DNA from: Mustelus asterias
Taxonomy: Eukaryota
Direction: 5' to 3'
Assembly (NCBI RefSeq): GCF_964213995.1
Contig: NC_135814.1
Coordinates: forward strand, 9,300,001 to 9,364,000
DNA: 64,000 bases
Part shown: positions 25,590 through 36,489 of the stretch, one piece after another
Layout: each line of letters begins with the position of its first letter
Numbering within the stretch: position 1 is the stretch's first letter
Notes under the pieces: generated by a model
Told to the model about the DNA's origin: nothing
The model's database searches: none
The model's input: only the letters and a program-made list of their open reading frames with translations
Position numbers and translations under genes: made by a program

Positions 25590-27200
25590 CAACACTTCTC
25601 CAAATCCTCACCCGCCTGCAACCAATTCATCAAACCTCCTTCAACAGCAACCTCCAAACCTTCAAGGTGGTCAGCTGATCTATGGGAACACCACCAAGAT
25701 CCCCTCCAAGCCACACTCCATCTTGATTTGGAAACGTATCACCATTCATAGGGCGGCACGGTGACACTGTGGTTAGCACTGCTGCCTCACGATGCCAGAG
25801 ACTCGGGTTCGATTCCAGCCTCGGGTGACTGTGTGGAGTTTGCATGTTCTCCCCAAGACCACGTGGGTTTCTTCCGGGTACTCTGATTTCTTCCCACAGT
25901 CCAAAGATGTGCCAATTAGGTAGATTGACCATGCTAAATTGACCCTTAATTGTCCAAAGGTTTTAAAGTAAAGTTTATTTATTAGTCACAAGTAAGGCTT
26001 ACACTACAATTAAGTTACTGTGAAATTCTCCTAGTTGCCACATTCTGGCGCCTGTTCGGGTGAATGCACCTAACCAGCACGTCTTGCGGACTGTGGGAGG
26101 AATGGGCGGCACGGTAGCACAGTTGTTCGCACTGCTGCTTCACAGCTCCAGGGACCTGGGTTCGATTCCCGGCTTGGGTCACTGTCTCTGTGGAGTTTGC
26201 ACATTCTCCTCGTGTCTGCGTGGGTTTCCTCCGGGTGCTTCGGTTTCCTCCCACAGTCCAAAGATGTGCGGGTTAGGTTGATTGGCCATGCTAAAATTGC
26301 CCCTTGGTGTCCTGAGATGCATAGGTTAGAGGGATTAGTGGGTAAATCTGTAGGGATATGGGGGTAGGGCCTGGGTGGGATTGTGGTCGGTGCAGACTTG
26401 ATGGGCCGAATTGCCTCTTTCTGTACTGTAGGGTTTCTATGATTCTATGAAACCAAAGCACCTGGAGGAAACCCACGCAGACACGGGGAGAACGTGCAAA
26501 CTCCACACAGACAGTGACCCAAGTCAGGAATCGAACCTGGGTCCCTGGCACTGTAAGGCAGCAGTGCTAACCACTGTGCCACGTACCGCCAGTGTGTAGG
26601 TTAGGTGGATTAGCCATGGGGATGGGGGGGCTGGGTAAGGTGCTCTTTCGGAGAGTCAGTGCAGACCCAATGGGCCAAATGTCCTCCTTCTGCACTGTAA
26701 GGATTTTATAGTTTCTTTACTGTCATTGGGTCAAAATCCTGGAACTCCTGGCGTGGTGGCATGGTGATTAGCACTGCTGTCTCACAGCGCCAGGGACCCA
26801 GGTTCGATTCCCACCTTGGGTCACTGTCTGTGTGCAGGCTGCACGTTCTCTCTGTGTCTGTCTGTGTTTCCTCCGGGTGCTCCGGTTTCCTCCCATACTC
26901 CAAAGATGTACGGGTTTGGTGGATTGGCTGTGCTAAATTGTCCCTTAGTGTCAGGGGGGCTAGCTAGGGTAAATGCATGGGGTTATGAGTGGGATTGTGG
27001 TCAGTGCAGACTCAATGGGCTGAATGGCCTCCTTCTGCACTGTAGAATTCTATGATCCCTCTCTAACAGCGTTGTGGATTATCCACAACCACATCAACTG
27101 CAGTGGTTCAAGAAGGCAGCTCACCACCACCTTGGAGGGCAATTAAGGATGGGAAACCAATGTTGGCCTCACCAGCAACACCCACATCCCATGAAAAAAT
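25590..27200. mobile_element. Nested cluster: Zenon-like LINE 3' fragment (+) containing four V-SINEs
   Basis: LINE pieces at 25590-25750, 26705-26750 and 27057-27200. SINEs at 25751(+), 25965-26590(-, type 2), 26103-26449(+) and 26750-27056(+). Confidence 0.8.
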
Positions 27201-28194
27201 AAATTAAAAAGTCTCAATTCCGACAGAGACCAAAAACAGATTTTCACTGATATAAACACCTTATGTTCTCAAACTGTCTGAAGCCATTTAATCGAACATT
27301 AAAAAAATTAGAGCTCAGAATGCAATGACTATTTCTCTGATTATATTATCCTAATCATGTGTTTCACTTCTTCTAACTTGAATCTTTTTTCTCTTCAAGG
27401 TTAATTAGGCAGGAAGCAACTGCACACATCTCCCACCTGCAATTCAATCTGTAAATAGTCTGAAGGGAAATTAATAGTTAAACCATTGTAGAATCCAGCA
27501 ATGTCTTCTCTTCCTGCCCTATAATGCACTACCTCTGGAATGCTACATAAATCTATCAGATTCCTTCCTTTTCTGAATGCTACCCCCTTTGGTGACATCA
27601 TCTGAAGACTTAGGTTCCACTTACACACACTAACCACCCAGTTCTACCTCTCTACCATCTCTCTTCCCCACCTCCAGACCTTGGCATTGTCACGCTGCTG
27701 CCCAACATCAAGTCCTGGATGAGATTCAATTTACTCCAGTTAAGCAGTGGGAAGATTGAAATCATCTGCATTGGCCCACATGATAAAGTGCATACCTTGC
27801 CACTCTTCCCAACTCCTCTCTGCCCACTGTCTCAGGTTAAACCAGATTGTTCATCTTGCACAAGAGTTTCTGGCCAGTTCCTCCCCATCATAAAGACCGT
27901 CAACTTTCTTCTCCATGACATGACCCTCCTGCCTCAGCCCAGCTGTTACTTAAATCCTCGTAATATTGACTACTTCAATAGGTTCTTGGCTGCCTCATCA
28001 TCCCTCACATTCCATGACTTCACCTTAACCAAACCTTTGCTGCCCATATCCTTTGCCATATCGTCTTGCACTTGCTCACCTACAGTAGCTCCCAGTGCCT
28101 TAAATTTCTATAGACCATTCACAATCATTACAGCACCAAAGGAGGCCATTCAGCCCATTGTGACTGCACCGGCTCTCCGAATGAGCATTTCACC

Positions 28195-28478
28195 GAGTGT
28201 CACAAGTAGGCTTACGTTAACACTGCAATGAAGTTATTGTGAAAATCCCCTAGTCGCCACACTGTGGTGCCTGTTCGGGTACACTGAGGGAGAATTGAAC
28301 ATGGCCAATGCACCTAACCAGCGCGTCTTTCAGACTGTGGGAGGAAATCGGAGCACCCGGAGGAAACCCACGCAGACACGGGGAGAATCTGCTGACTCTA
28401 CACAGAAGTGACCCAAGCTGGGAATTGAACCTGGGTCCCTGGCGCTGTGAGGCAGCAGTGCTCACCATCGTGCCACCA
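28195..28478 (-). mobile_element. V-SINE, tail type 2
   Basis: Reverse-complement head, core and type-2 tail. Confidence 0.85.
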
Positions 28479-28578
28479 TTGAGCCATCCAATTTTACAAA
28501 GTTGTGTAAATTAGCAAAACCACACAAGATTGTTTGGACTGGATTGGTTAACCTCAAAACGTGCCTTGCTGAACTTAC

Positions 28579-28670
28579 TCAAAATAACAGAAGGTTGGAT
28601 ATCCTTTAATGTTAAATTCCTGTTTGATTTCATCAAATTCAGATGGATGTACATTCATTCCAGCCATTAC
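28579..28670 (-). CDS. PDIA5: PDIA5 coding exon (~exon 9, 92 nt): VMAGMNVHPSEFDEIKQEFNIKGYPTFCYF(E)
   Basis: cctttatAG acceptor and GA|GTAAGT donor; thioredoxin cis-Pro GYPT motif. Confidence 0.96.
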
Positions 28671-28834
28671 CTATAAAGGAAACAGTTAGGATTAGAATTG
28701 GGAAGTCACTGGTACAAAAATGGCTGAGTGTTCAACAAATACTGGATGAATTAGATGGAGTATTTTAAGACTAGGCGATCTCTCTGAATCGCATTCTAAC
28801 AGTTGGTATTGGCCTTAATATTAGGATATTAAAC

Positions 28835-29300
28835 AGAAAGAGTGCAGAAAAGATTTACTAGGATGCTACCGGGACTTGATGGTTTGAGTTATAAGGAAAG
28901 GCTGGATAGGCTGGGTCTATTATCCTGGAGCGTAGGAGGCTGAGGAGTGAACTTATAGAGGTCTATAAAATAATGAGGGGCACAGATCAGCTAGATAGTC
29001 AATATCTTTTTCCAAAGGTAGAGAAGTCTAAAACTAGAGGGCATAGGTAGGTGAGAGGGGAGAGATACAAAAGGGTCCAGAGGGGCAGTTTTTTCACACA
29101 GAGGGTGGTGAGTGTCTGGAACAAGCTGCCAGAGGTAGAGGGGAGTACAATTTTGTCTTTTAAAAAGCATTTAGACAGTTACATGAGGTAAGATGGGTAT
29201 AGAGGGCTATGGGCCAAATGCGGGCATTTAGGACTAGCTTATTGGTTAAAAACTGGGTGGCATGGACAAGTTGGGCTGAAGGGCCTGGTTCCATCCTCTA
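28835..29300 (+). mobile_element. CR1 3' fragment (same subfamily as 47070-47590)
   Basis: agagtgcagaaaagatttactaggatg encodes RVQKRFTRM; tail ttgggctgaagggcctg. Confidence 0.85.
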
Positions 29301-29559
29301 TGCCTCTATAATATCTACTTCAACTGAACATTAGGGATTCAGTCAGCAGGAGGTTGCACACTCGGTCCCAGGTCCGCTAACTGCAGCAAAACATTAGAAT
29401 AATAGAACCCCTACAGTGCAGGAGGAGGCCATTTGGCCCATCAAGCTTGCACTGGCAACAATCCCACCCAAGGTCTATCCCCATTAGCCCACTTTTTTAC
29501 CCTGCTAATTCCCCGACACTAAGGGGGAATTTAGCATTTGCCAATCCACCTAACACTGA

Positions 29560-32410
29560 CATTTTAGGAGTTCCTTACAGGCCACCAAATAGTTGTGATA
29601 ATGTAGGGCAAGGTAGAAGTCAGGAAATTATAAGTGCTTGGAACAAGGATAAAAAAGTAATAATGAGGGACTTGAATCTACAATGAGACTTGGTAAACCT
29701 AAAGTTGTGGAGGACAAATTCCTGGAATGTACACAGGACGGTGTTCTAGAGCAGTGTGTTGAGGAACCAACTCGTAATATGGGCTATTTTAAACCTAGTA
29801 TTGTGCAATGAGAAAAAGCTACTTAATAATCTCGTTACAAAGGAGACTTAGAGGAGAAACCATAATATGACAGAATTTTATAAGACTCAAAGTGATATAG
29901 TTCAATCCAAAACTATGGTCAGAAATCTAAACAATGTACAAAGGTGTGAGGGGCAAGTTGGCTGCGGTGGATTGAGGAACTACGTTGAAAAGATGAGGTT
30001 AGACAGCCAATGGCTAACACTAAAAGAATTAATACACGGTCACCAAATACACATTCCTTTGAGGCACAAAGAAACCCAACAGAAAGGTGAGTCAAGCGTA
30101 GCAAACAAGAGAAGTTGAAGATTCTATTAGATCAAAGGAAGAGGCTTATGAAGTTACTAAAAATAGCCTGAGGATTGGGAGCATTTTCAAATTCAGCAAG
30201 AGAACCAAGAAACTGATAAGGAGAAAATAGAATATGAAAGCAAACTAGCAAGAAACACAAAAACAGACTGGAAAGGCTTCAGACTGAAATAGGTTTGTAG
30301 AAAGGAAATGATGAGCAGAGACAAATGCAGGGCCATTACAGGTAGAGGGGAGAATTTATAATAGGAAATAAGGAAACGACAGAGAAGTTAAATAATTACT
30401 AAGTCATAGAATCCTACAGTGCAGAAGGAGGCTGTTCAGCCCATTGAGTCTGCACCGATCACAGTCCCACCCAGGCCCTATCCCCATAACACCATGCATT
30501 TACCCTAGCTAGTCCCTCCATGACACTAAGGGGCAATGTTGCAGGTTCACAATGTTATAGATTCTGGAATAGTTCCTGCAGATTGGAAGGTAGCAAACAT
30601 CACCCCACCATTTAAGAAAGGAGAAAGCGAGAAAACAAAAAAGCTATAGACCTGTAAAGCCTGGCATCAGTGGTAGGGAAAATGCTAGAATCTTGTACAA
30701 AGAAAGTCATAGCCGGACACCTGGAAAATAATGGTACGTTTGGGCAGAATCAACATGGATTTATGAAAGGGAAATCATGCTTGACAAACCTGGAGTTTTT
30801 TGAGAATGTAACTAGCTTAGATAGGAAGAACCAAGATGTGGCAAATTTGGATTTTCAGAAGGTTTGATAAAAACTTCTTGCGTGGGACCTTAAGAAAAAT
30901 TAAGAGCACATGGGATTTGGGGTAACATACTGGTTAACACAGCAAACAGTAGGAATAAATAGTTCAAAACTAGTGGGTTAACACAAGGATCAATGCTTGG
31001 ACCCCAATTATTCATCATGTATAGCAATGGTTTATACATGGGAATCAAGTGTAAATATTTCAAAGGTTTGCTGCTGACACAACACTCTGTAGAAATGAGA
31101 ATTCGCTACCCCTTGGGTGGATGCTGGGACAGTGAGTAAATTTAAAAAGTTAGACAGATTTTTAATTGGTAATGGGTTGAAGAGTTATGGGCAGCTGGCA
31201 GGAAAATAGGGATGAGGAGCATATCAGCCGTGATCAAATGGTGGAGTAGACTCGATGGACCGAATGGCCTAATTCTGCTCCTATATCTTATGAGTTTTGA
31301 GGAGGATGCAATGAGGTTTCAAGGAGATTCAGATAGGTTGGTTGAGTGGGTAAGAATATGCCAAATGGAATAGAAGGTGCAAAATTGTAAATTTATCCAC
31401 TTTATTTTTTTTAATCAAAGTTTATTTATTATTGCCACAAGTTGGCTTACATTAACACTGCAATGAAGTTACTCTGAAAATCTCCTAATTGCCACACTCT
31501 GGCGACTATTCGGGTACACTGAGGGAGAATTTAGCATGGCCAATACACCTAACCAGCACGTTTTTCAGACTGTGGGAGGAAACCGGAGCACCTGGAGGAA
31601 ACGCATGCAGACTCAGAGAGCATGCACACTCCACACAGACAGTGACCTGAGCCGGGAATCTGTTGCGAGACAGCAGTGCTAACCACTGTGAAAGTTATTT
31701 CTTAAAAGGGGATAGATTGGGAAGTGTTGATGTCCAAAGGATCCTGGGTGTCTTTGTTCATAAGTTACTGAATGTGAACACGTAGGTTCAACAAGGAATT
31801 AAGGCAAATGATATGTTCACATTTATTGCAAGAGGATTTGAGTATAGGAGTGAGGAAGTCTTGCTGCAGTTGTCTCGAGCCTGATTGGGACCACACCTAC
31901 AGTTTTGGTTTCCTTACTTAAGGTTATACTTGCCAGAGAGGGAGAGTAACAAAAGTTCACCGGATGGATGGCGGGATCGCCCTACGAGGAGAGATTTAGG
32001 AGACTGGGACAGTAATCTCTCGAGTTTGGAAGCGATCTCATTGAAATGTACACATCCTTTTACAGGCCTTGACAGAATACATTCAAGAAGGATGATTCCC
32101 TTGTCTTGGGTGGCGGGGGGGGGAGGCATAGTGATGGTGGTGGTCTAGAACCAGGGGACAGAGTCTCCGAGTAAGAGGTATATCATTTAAGATCGAGATG
32201 AGGAGCTATTTATGAGGATGGTGAATCTTTGGAATTCTTTATCCCAGTGGGCTGGAGAGGCTCAGTCATTCAGTATATTCCAGACAAGACACCGACAGAT
32301 TTCTGGATATTAAAGATAGCAAGGGTTATGCGGATAGTGCAGCAAAGTAGCGTCAAAGCAGAAGATCAGCCAAGATCTAATTGAATGACAGAGCGAGCTT
32401 CAGGGGCCTT
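29560..32410 (+). mobile_element. Long degraded CR1 ORF2 remnant with nested SINE and CR1 fragments
   Basis: YRPPNS, QHGFMKGKSCLTNL and DFQK remnants with many stops; inserts at ~30403-30540, ~31100-31295 and ~31415-31690. Confidence 0.8.
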
Positions 32411-33516
32411 GCTAGCAGAATCAATACTCTCAGAATCAACTTAAAAGAGTCTCTCCCTGCTGCAAAGTGAGTGCACTTGCAGCTCGAGGGTGAAGCAGGA
32501 TCAAGCTCAGTTATAGCAGTCCAATAGCCAGTTGGTCACTCACACCACTTCTAAGAGGCAAAAGAGCCTAATAGCACCTGTTAAACTTTGTCGACTTAAG
32601 TGAATACTTTAAAGAGAAAAGGGTTTAGGGCAGGTCAAAAATACTATATGGTGAGTTAGCAAGGCTGTGTACTGTTTAGTGATGGGTTAAAGATCTGGTC
32701 TTGGATGTGTATTAGAGTGCTGGACCAGAACCTCACATTACATCAGGAAGCCAGGCCAACAATTTTTCTATCTGGTATAAATGGATGTTTCACTCCAGGA
32801 GTGATTCCCCTGACAACAGAGATATCTTTTATGGTAAACAAACTTTATTTAATAACACAGTTTAAATATAACTTTAACAAATGAATCAGCTTACCCATTA
32901 ACAGTGAACAATATTTAAAACTGAAAGGAAGCAACTTTACTTTCTAGCTTATCACTGTCCCAGTTCCAAATAAGCCCCATTCATGCATAAATCAAAACCA
33001 CTTTTAATTAAATAGTTCGCAAACCCAGGCATACTTGCTTTCAGACAGAGATAGAGTTCCAGAAGCCTGCAAAGTCCTTCTAACTTCAACCAGGCTTCAT
33101 GCAGTTGACAACTTTCTGCAAAAGCTTTTCTTTTCTGCTACAGATCCAGCTCTGCGCATAAGCCACATCATCACATGACCCTGTCAATCACTCTAATCAG
33201 AAATCCCAGGGGAACTTCAGTAAATATAAGTCTATTAGCTCTACTTAAAATAAACACTTGCAAGGCTGAAATGATTAACTGTCCTGCTCTCCCAAAATCT
33301 AAGTTGCATTTCCTCCAGACAAACCAAAGGCCTGTAGAGTAAAGCTGAATTTTTAAACATTCCCCTTGCACTACGCTAATCACACGGGACTTGTTCCAAT
33401 AATGCAAGCTGTATAAATTGTGGTTACACAGAGGAATCAAATCAAACAGGACGTCCTTGCTTAACATTTTGTTTTGGAAAACACAATGTCATGGGAAACA
33501 GTCTGTCTTGAGGTTC

Positions 33517-34022
33517 GCACAGCAAGAAGTCTCACAACACCAGGTTAAAGTCCAACAGGTTTATTTGGTAGCACGAGCCTTCGGAGCGTTGCCACTTCAT
33601 CAGGTGAGTCTCATCGGGGGACTCACTTGATAAAGGGGCAGCACTCCCGAAAGCTCATGACACCAACTAAACCTGTTGGACTTTAACCTAGTGTTGTGAG
33701 ACCTCTTACTGTGCCTACCCCTTTAAATTGAGGGGGGGTAGTTATAGAACCGATGTCAGGGGTAGGTTCTTTACCCAGAGGGTGGTGAGGGATTGGAATG
33801 CCCTGCCAGCATCAGTTGTAAATGCGCCTAGTTTGGGGGCGTTTAAGAGATCCGTAGATAGGTTCATGGACGAAAAGAAATTGGTTTAGGTTGGAGGGTC
33901 ACAGTTTTTTTTTTTCTTAACTGGTCGGTGCAACATCGTGGGCCGAAGGGCCTGTTCTGCGCTGTAATGTTCTATGTTCTATGTTCTATGTACCCCGGTC
34001 CAACGTCAGCATCTCCACATCA
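33517..34022. mobile_element. Palindromic Penelope-like insert (family A), interrupted by a CR1 3' end at 33722-33990
   Basis: Inverted arms ...aggttaaagtccaacaggtttatttggt / ...aaacctgttggactttaacct; near-direct flanks tgtcttgaggttcg / tgtctgaggttcg; the CR1 piece is flanked by tacccc/tacccc. Confidence 0.8.
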
Positions 34023-34084
34023 TGTCTGAGGTTCGTAACTGCTTCACAAGATTGCCCGCTTTCCACTGTGCCTGAGACCAAACT

Positions 34085-34925
34085 CTCGCATGCTCAACAT
34101 GGGCAGGAATGTCCAGGCATTACAACATGCTGCTGTGCAGAGGGACCTGGGGGTCCTTGTGCATGAGACTCAAAAACCCAGTCTGCAGGTGCAACAGGTG
34201 ATCAAGAAGGCAAATGGGTGTTGGCCTATATCGCAAGGGGGATGGAATATAAAAGCAGAGATGTCTTGCTGCATCTGTAAGAAGTCTCACAACACCAGGT
34301 TAAAGTCCAACAGGTTTATTTGGTAGCAAATACCATCTGTACAGGGCATTGGTGAGGCTGCAGCTGGAATACTGTGTGCAGTATTGGTCCCCTTATTTGC
34401 GGAAGGATATATTGGCCTTGGAGGGAGTGCAGAGAAGGTTCACCAGGTTGATACCAGAGATGAGGGGTGTTGATTATGAGGAGAGACTGAGCAGATTGGG
34501 TTTGTATTCGTTGGAATTTAGACGGCTATGGGGGGATCTTATAGAGACCTATAAGATAATGAAGGGGATGGATAGGGTAGAGATGGAGAGATTCTTTCCA
34601 CTTAGAAAGGAAACTAGAACTAGAGGGCACAGCCTCAAAATAAAGGGGGGTCAGTTTCGGACAGATTTGAGGAGGAACTTCTTCTCTCAGAGGGTGGTGA
34701 ATCTCTGGAATTCTCTGCCCACTGAAGTGGTGGAGGCTACCTCGTTGAATATGTTTAAATCACGGATAGATGGATTCCTGATTGGTAAGGGAATTAGGGG
34801 TTATAGGGATCAGGCGGGTAAGTGGAACTGATCCACTTCAGATCAGCCATGATCTTATTGAATGGCGGGGCAGGCTCGAGGGGCTAGATGGCCTACTCCT
34901 GCTCCTATTTCTTATGTTCTTATTA
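34085..34925 (+). mobile_element. CR1 3' fragment with a one-armed Penelope family A insert at 34280-34333
   Basis: ORF 34349..34831 is a CR1 RT C-terminus; the insert is flanked by catctgta/catctgta. Confidence 0.88.
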
Positions 34926-35277
34926 ATGTGAGGCAGCAACACAAGGCAAATGTAGGATTCTAATTGGAGAGCAACGTTGACGCAAAATATAATTGTGCAG
35001 GGTGATGTTAAGCGGCAACATCCTGTGCAGTATTCACCTCCTGGGCTTCACTGCCTATAACACACTGAAGCAGAAACTTGCATTTCATTATTGATATCAT
35101 TCCCACAGCTTTATAATAAAAAGTCTGATTGAAAAACCTGAACAGCATAACTGAATCAGGATTGAATATCTGACTGAACTGATCTGCACACAAAATTTTT
35201 TTAAAACCAGAAGCGTCCTCACGCCCGGTGCTTTTTAAAAAAAAAGCAAAATCGGCCAGTGAAACTGAGATACTTAC

Positions 35278-35345
35278 ATAGGCTCCCTTCAACTCTGTGG
35301 CAGCTTGCTGAAAGGCTGGCATCATCCGCTTACACACCCCACACC
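35278..35345 (-). CDS. PDIA5: PDIA5 coding exon (~exon 8, 68 nt): (W)CGVCKRMMPAFQQAATELKGAY, first catalytic CxxC
   Basis: CAG acceptor after a long pyrimidine tract and TAT|GTAAGT donor. The peptide is visible inside ORF 35008..35451. Confidence 0.96.
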
Positions 35346-36489
35346 CTGACTCACGGGGGCAAAAGGGCAGGTCAAAGGCAACAGCAGAACAAGAAGCAGA
35401 AAGAAAGAGACACAAACATTGTGCTAAATGAGTCAGTGACAGCTTTAACAAAAATCATTTCACCAAATGACATTCCGTGGACACGACAGCATGGCAAAAT
35501 GTCAGCCCGTCAATTAAAATTGTCCAATCCAATCACTTTCCATTAGCATCTCTCGATATTTATTTGATTTTAAATGCATTCTACGGCAATGTTACATGCG
35601 GGGAGGGCAAATTAGAACACAAGAAAGGGTGACTTGGAGGCAATCATACGGGGCTTTGATAAAGTAGGAAGGAGAAGTTCCTACTGGTGGACGAAGGGGG
35701 GGGGGGGGGGGGGGGGGGCACAGGGGCAGTTATCAACCAGTGATTTAAAATAATTGGCCAAAAAAAGAGGAAAATGAGAATTCCGTTTACACAGAATTGT
35801 TAACATCTGCATTGCGCGACCTGCGAGAGTAAGGGAAGCAGATTCCTCCAAGTTTTGAAAGGCAATTAGACAGTGATTTGACCAGAGCTGATCTGCAGAT
35901 GTGCGAGCCAAAAGCTGGGGTCTGAGGCTAAATTGGAAAACCCCTTCAAAGAGCTGGCGCAGCACAATGAGCTGAATGGTTTATTTCTGCACTAAGATTA
36001 CGCAACTCGCTTCTAGTCCTTGTCCTCGATGTAAATCCACTTGTTCACGATTCTCCAATCAGCACAAGCTGTCTTTCACTATTTATCCTCCATCATTTTG
36101 AAAAGCTTTATTAATTTGTCTCTCCTTCATGCTTCACTATACCACTGAAAGAAGTGTCCAGATTTATTCTGCCTTTCCACACAATCAGAAATTCTCATTC
36201 AATTACATTCTGATCAATATAATTCAGTTATTTATTTGCTATGGTTTTAACATTCTCCCACACCAGCACCTTAGACAAATCCAACAATGCATTATATTCT
36301 CAGAAACCCATCTGCCTTTTTACACCCTCTTCAGTTCACAGACAAGATTTCTGCATTTCTCTACTCAACTGCCATTCAGGGACATTTAATTATTTTATCG
36401 ATTCCTCTCCTAAAAATGTACCACTTCCTGTTTGACTGGACGACCCCTGCCCTACACTGCTAAACTGGCTTTGGTCCCTTTTTTAAAAA

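Noticed and set aside
35008-35451. 147-aa ORF as a stand-alone gene
   Set aside because: Only 35278-35345 is coding (a PDIA5 exon bounded by AG/GT); the rest is intron read-through.
35696-35717. Poly-G runs (also ~50430 and ~51820) as functional G4 elements
   Set aside because: Isolated homopolymers of uncertain length with no other support.
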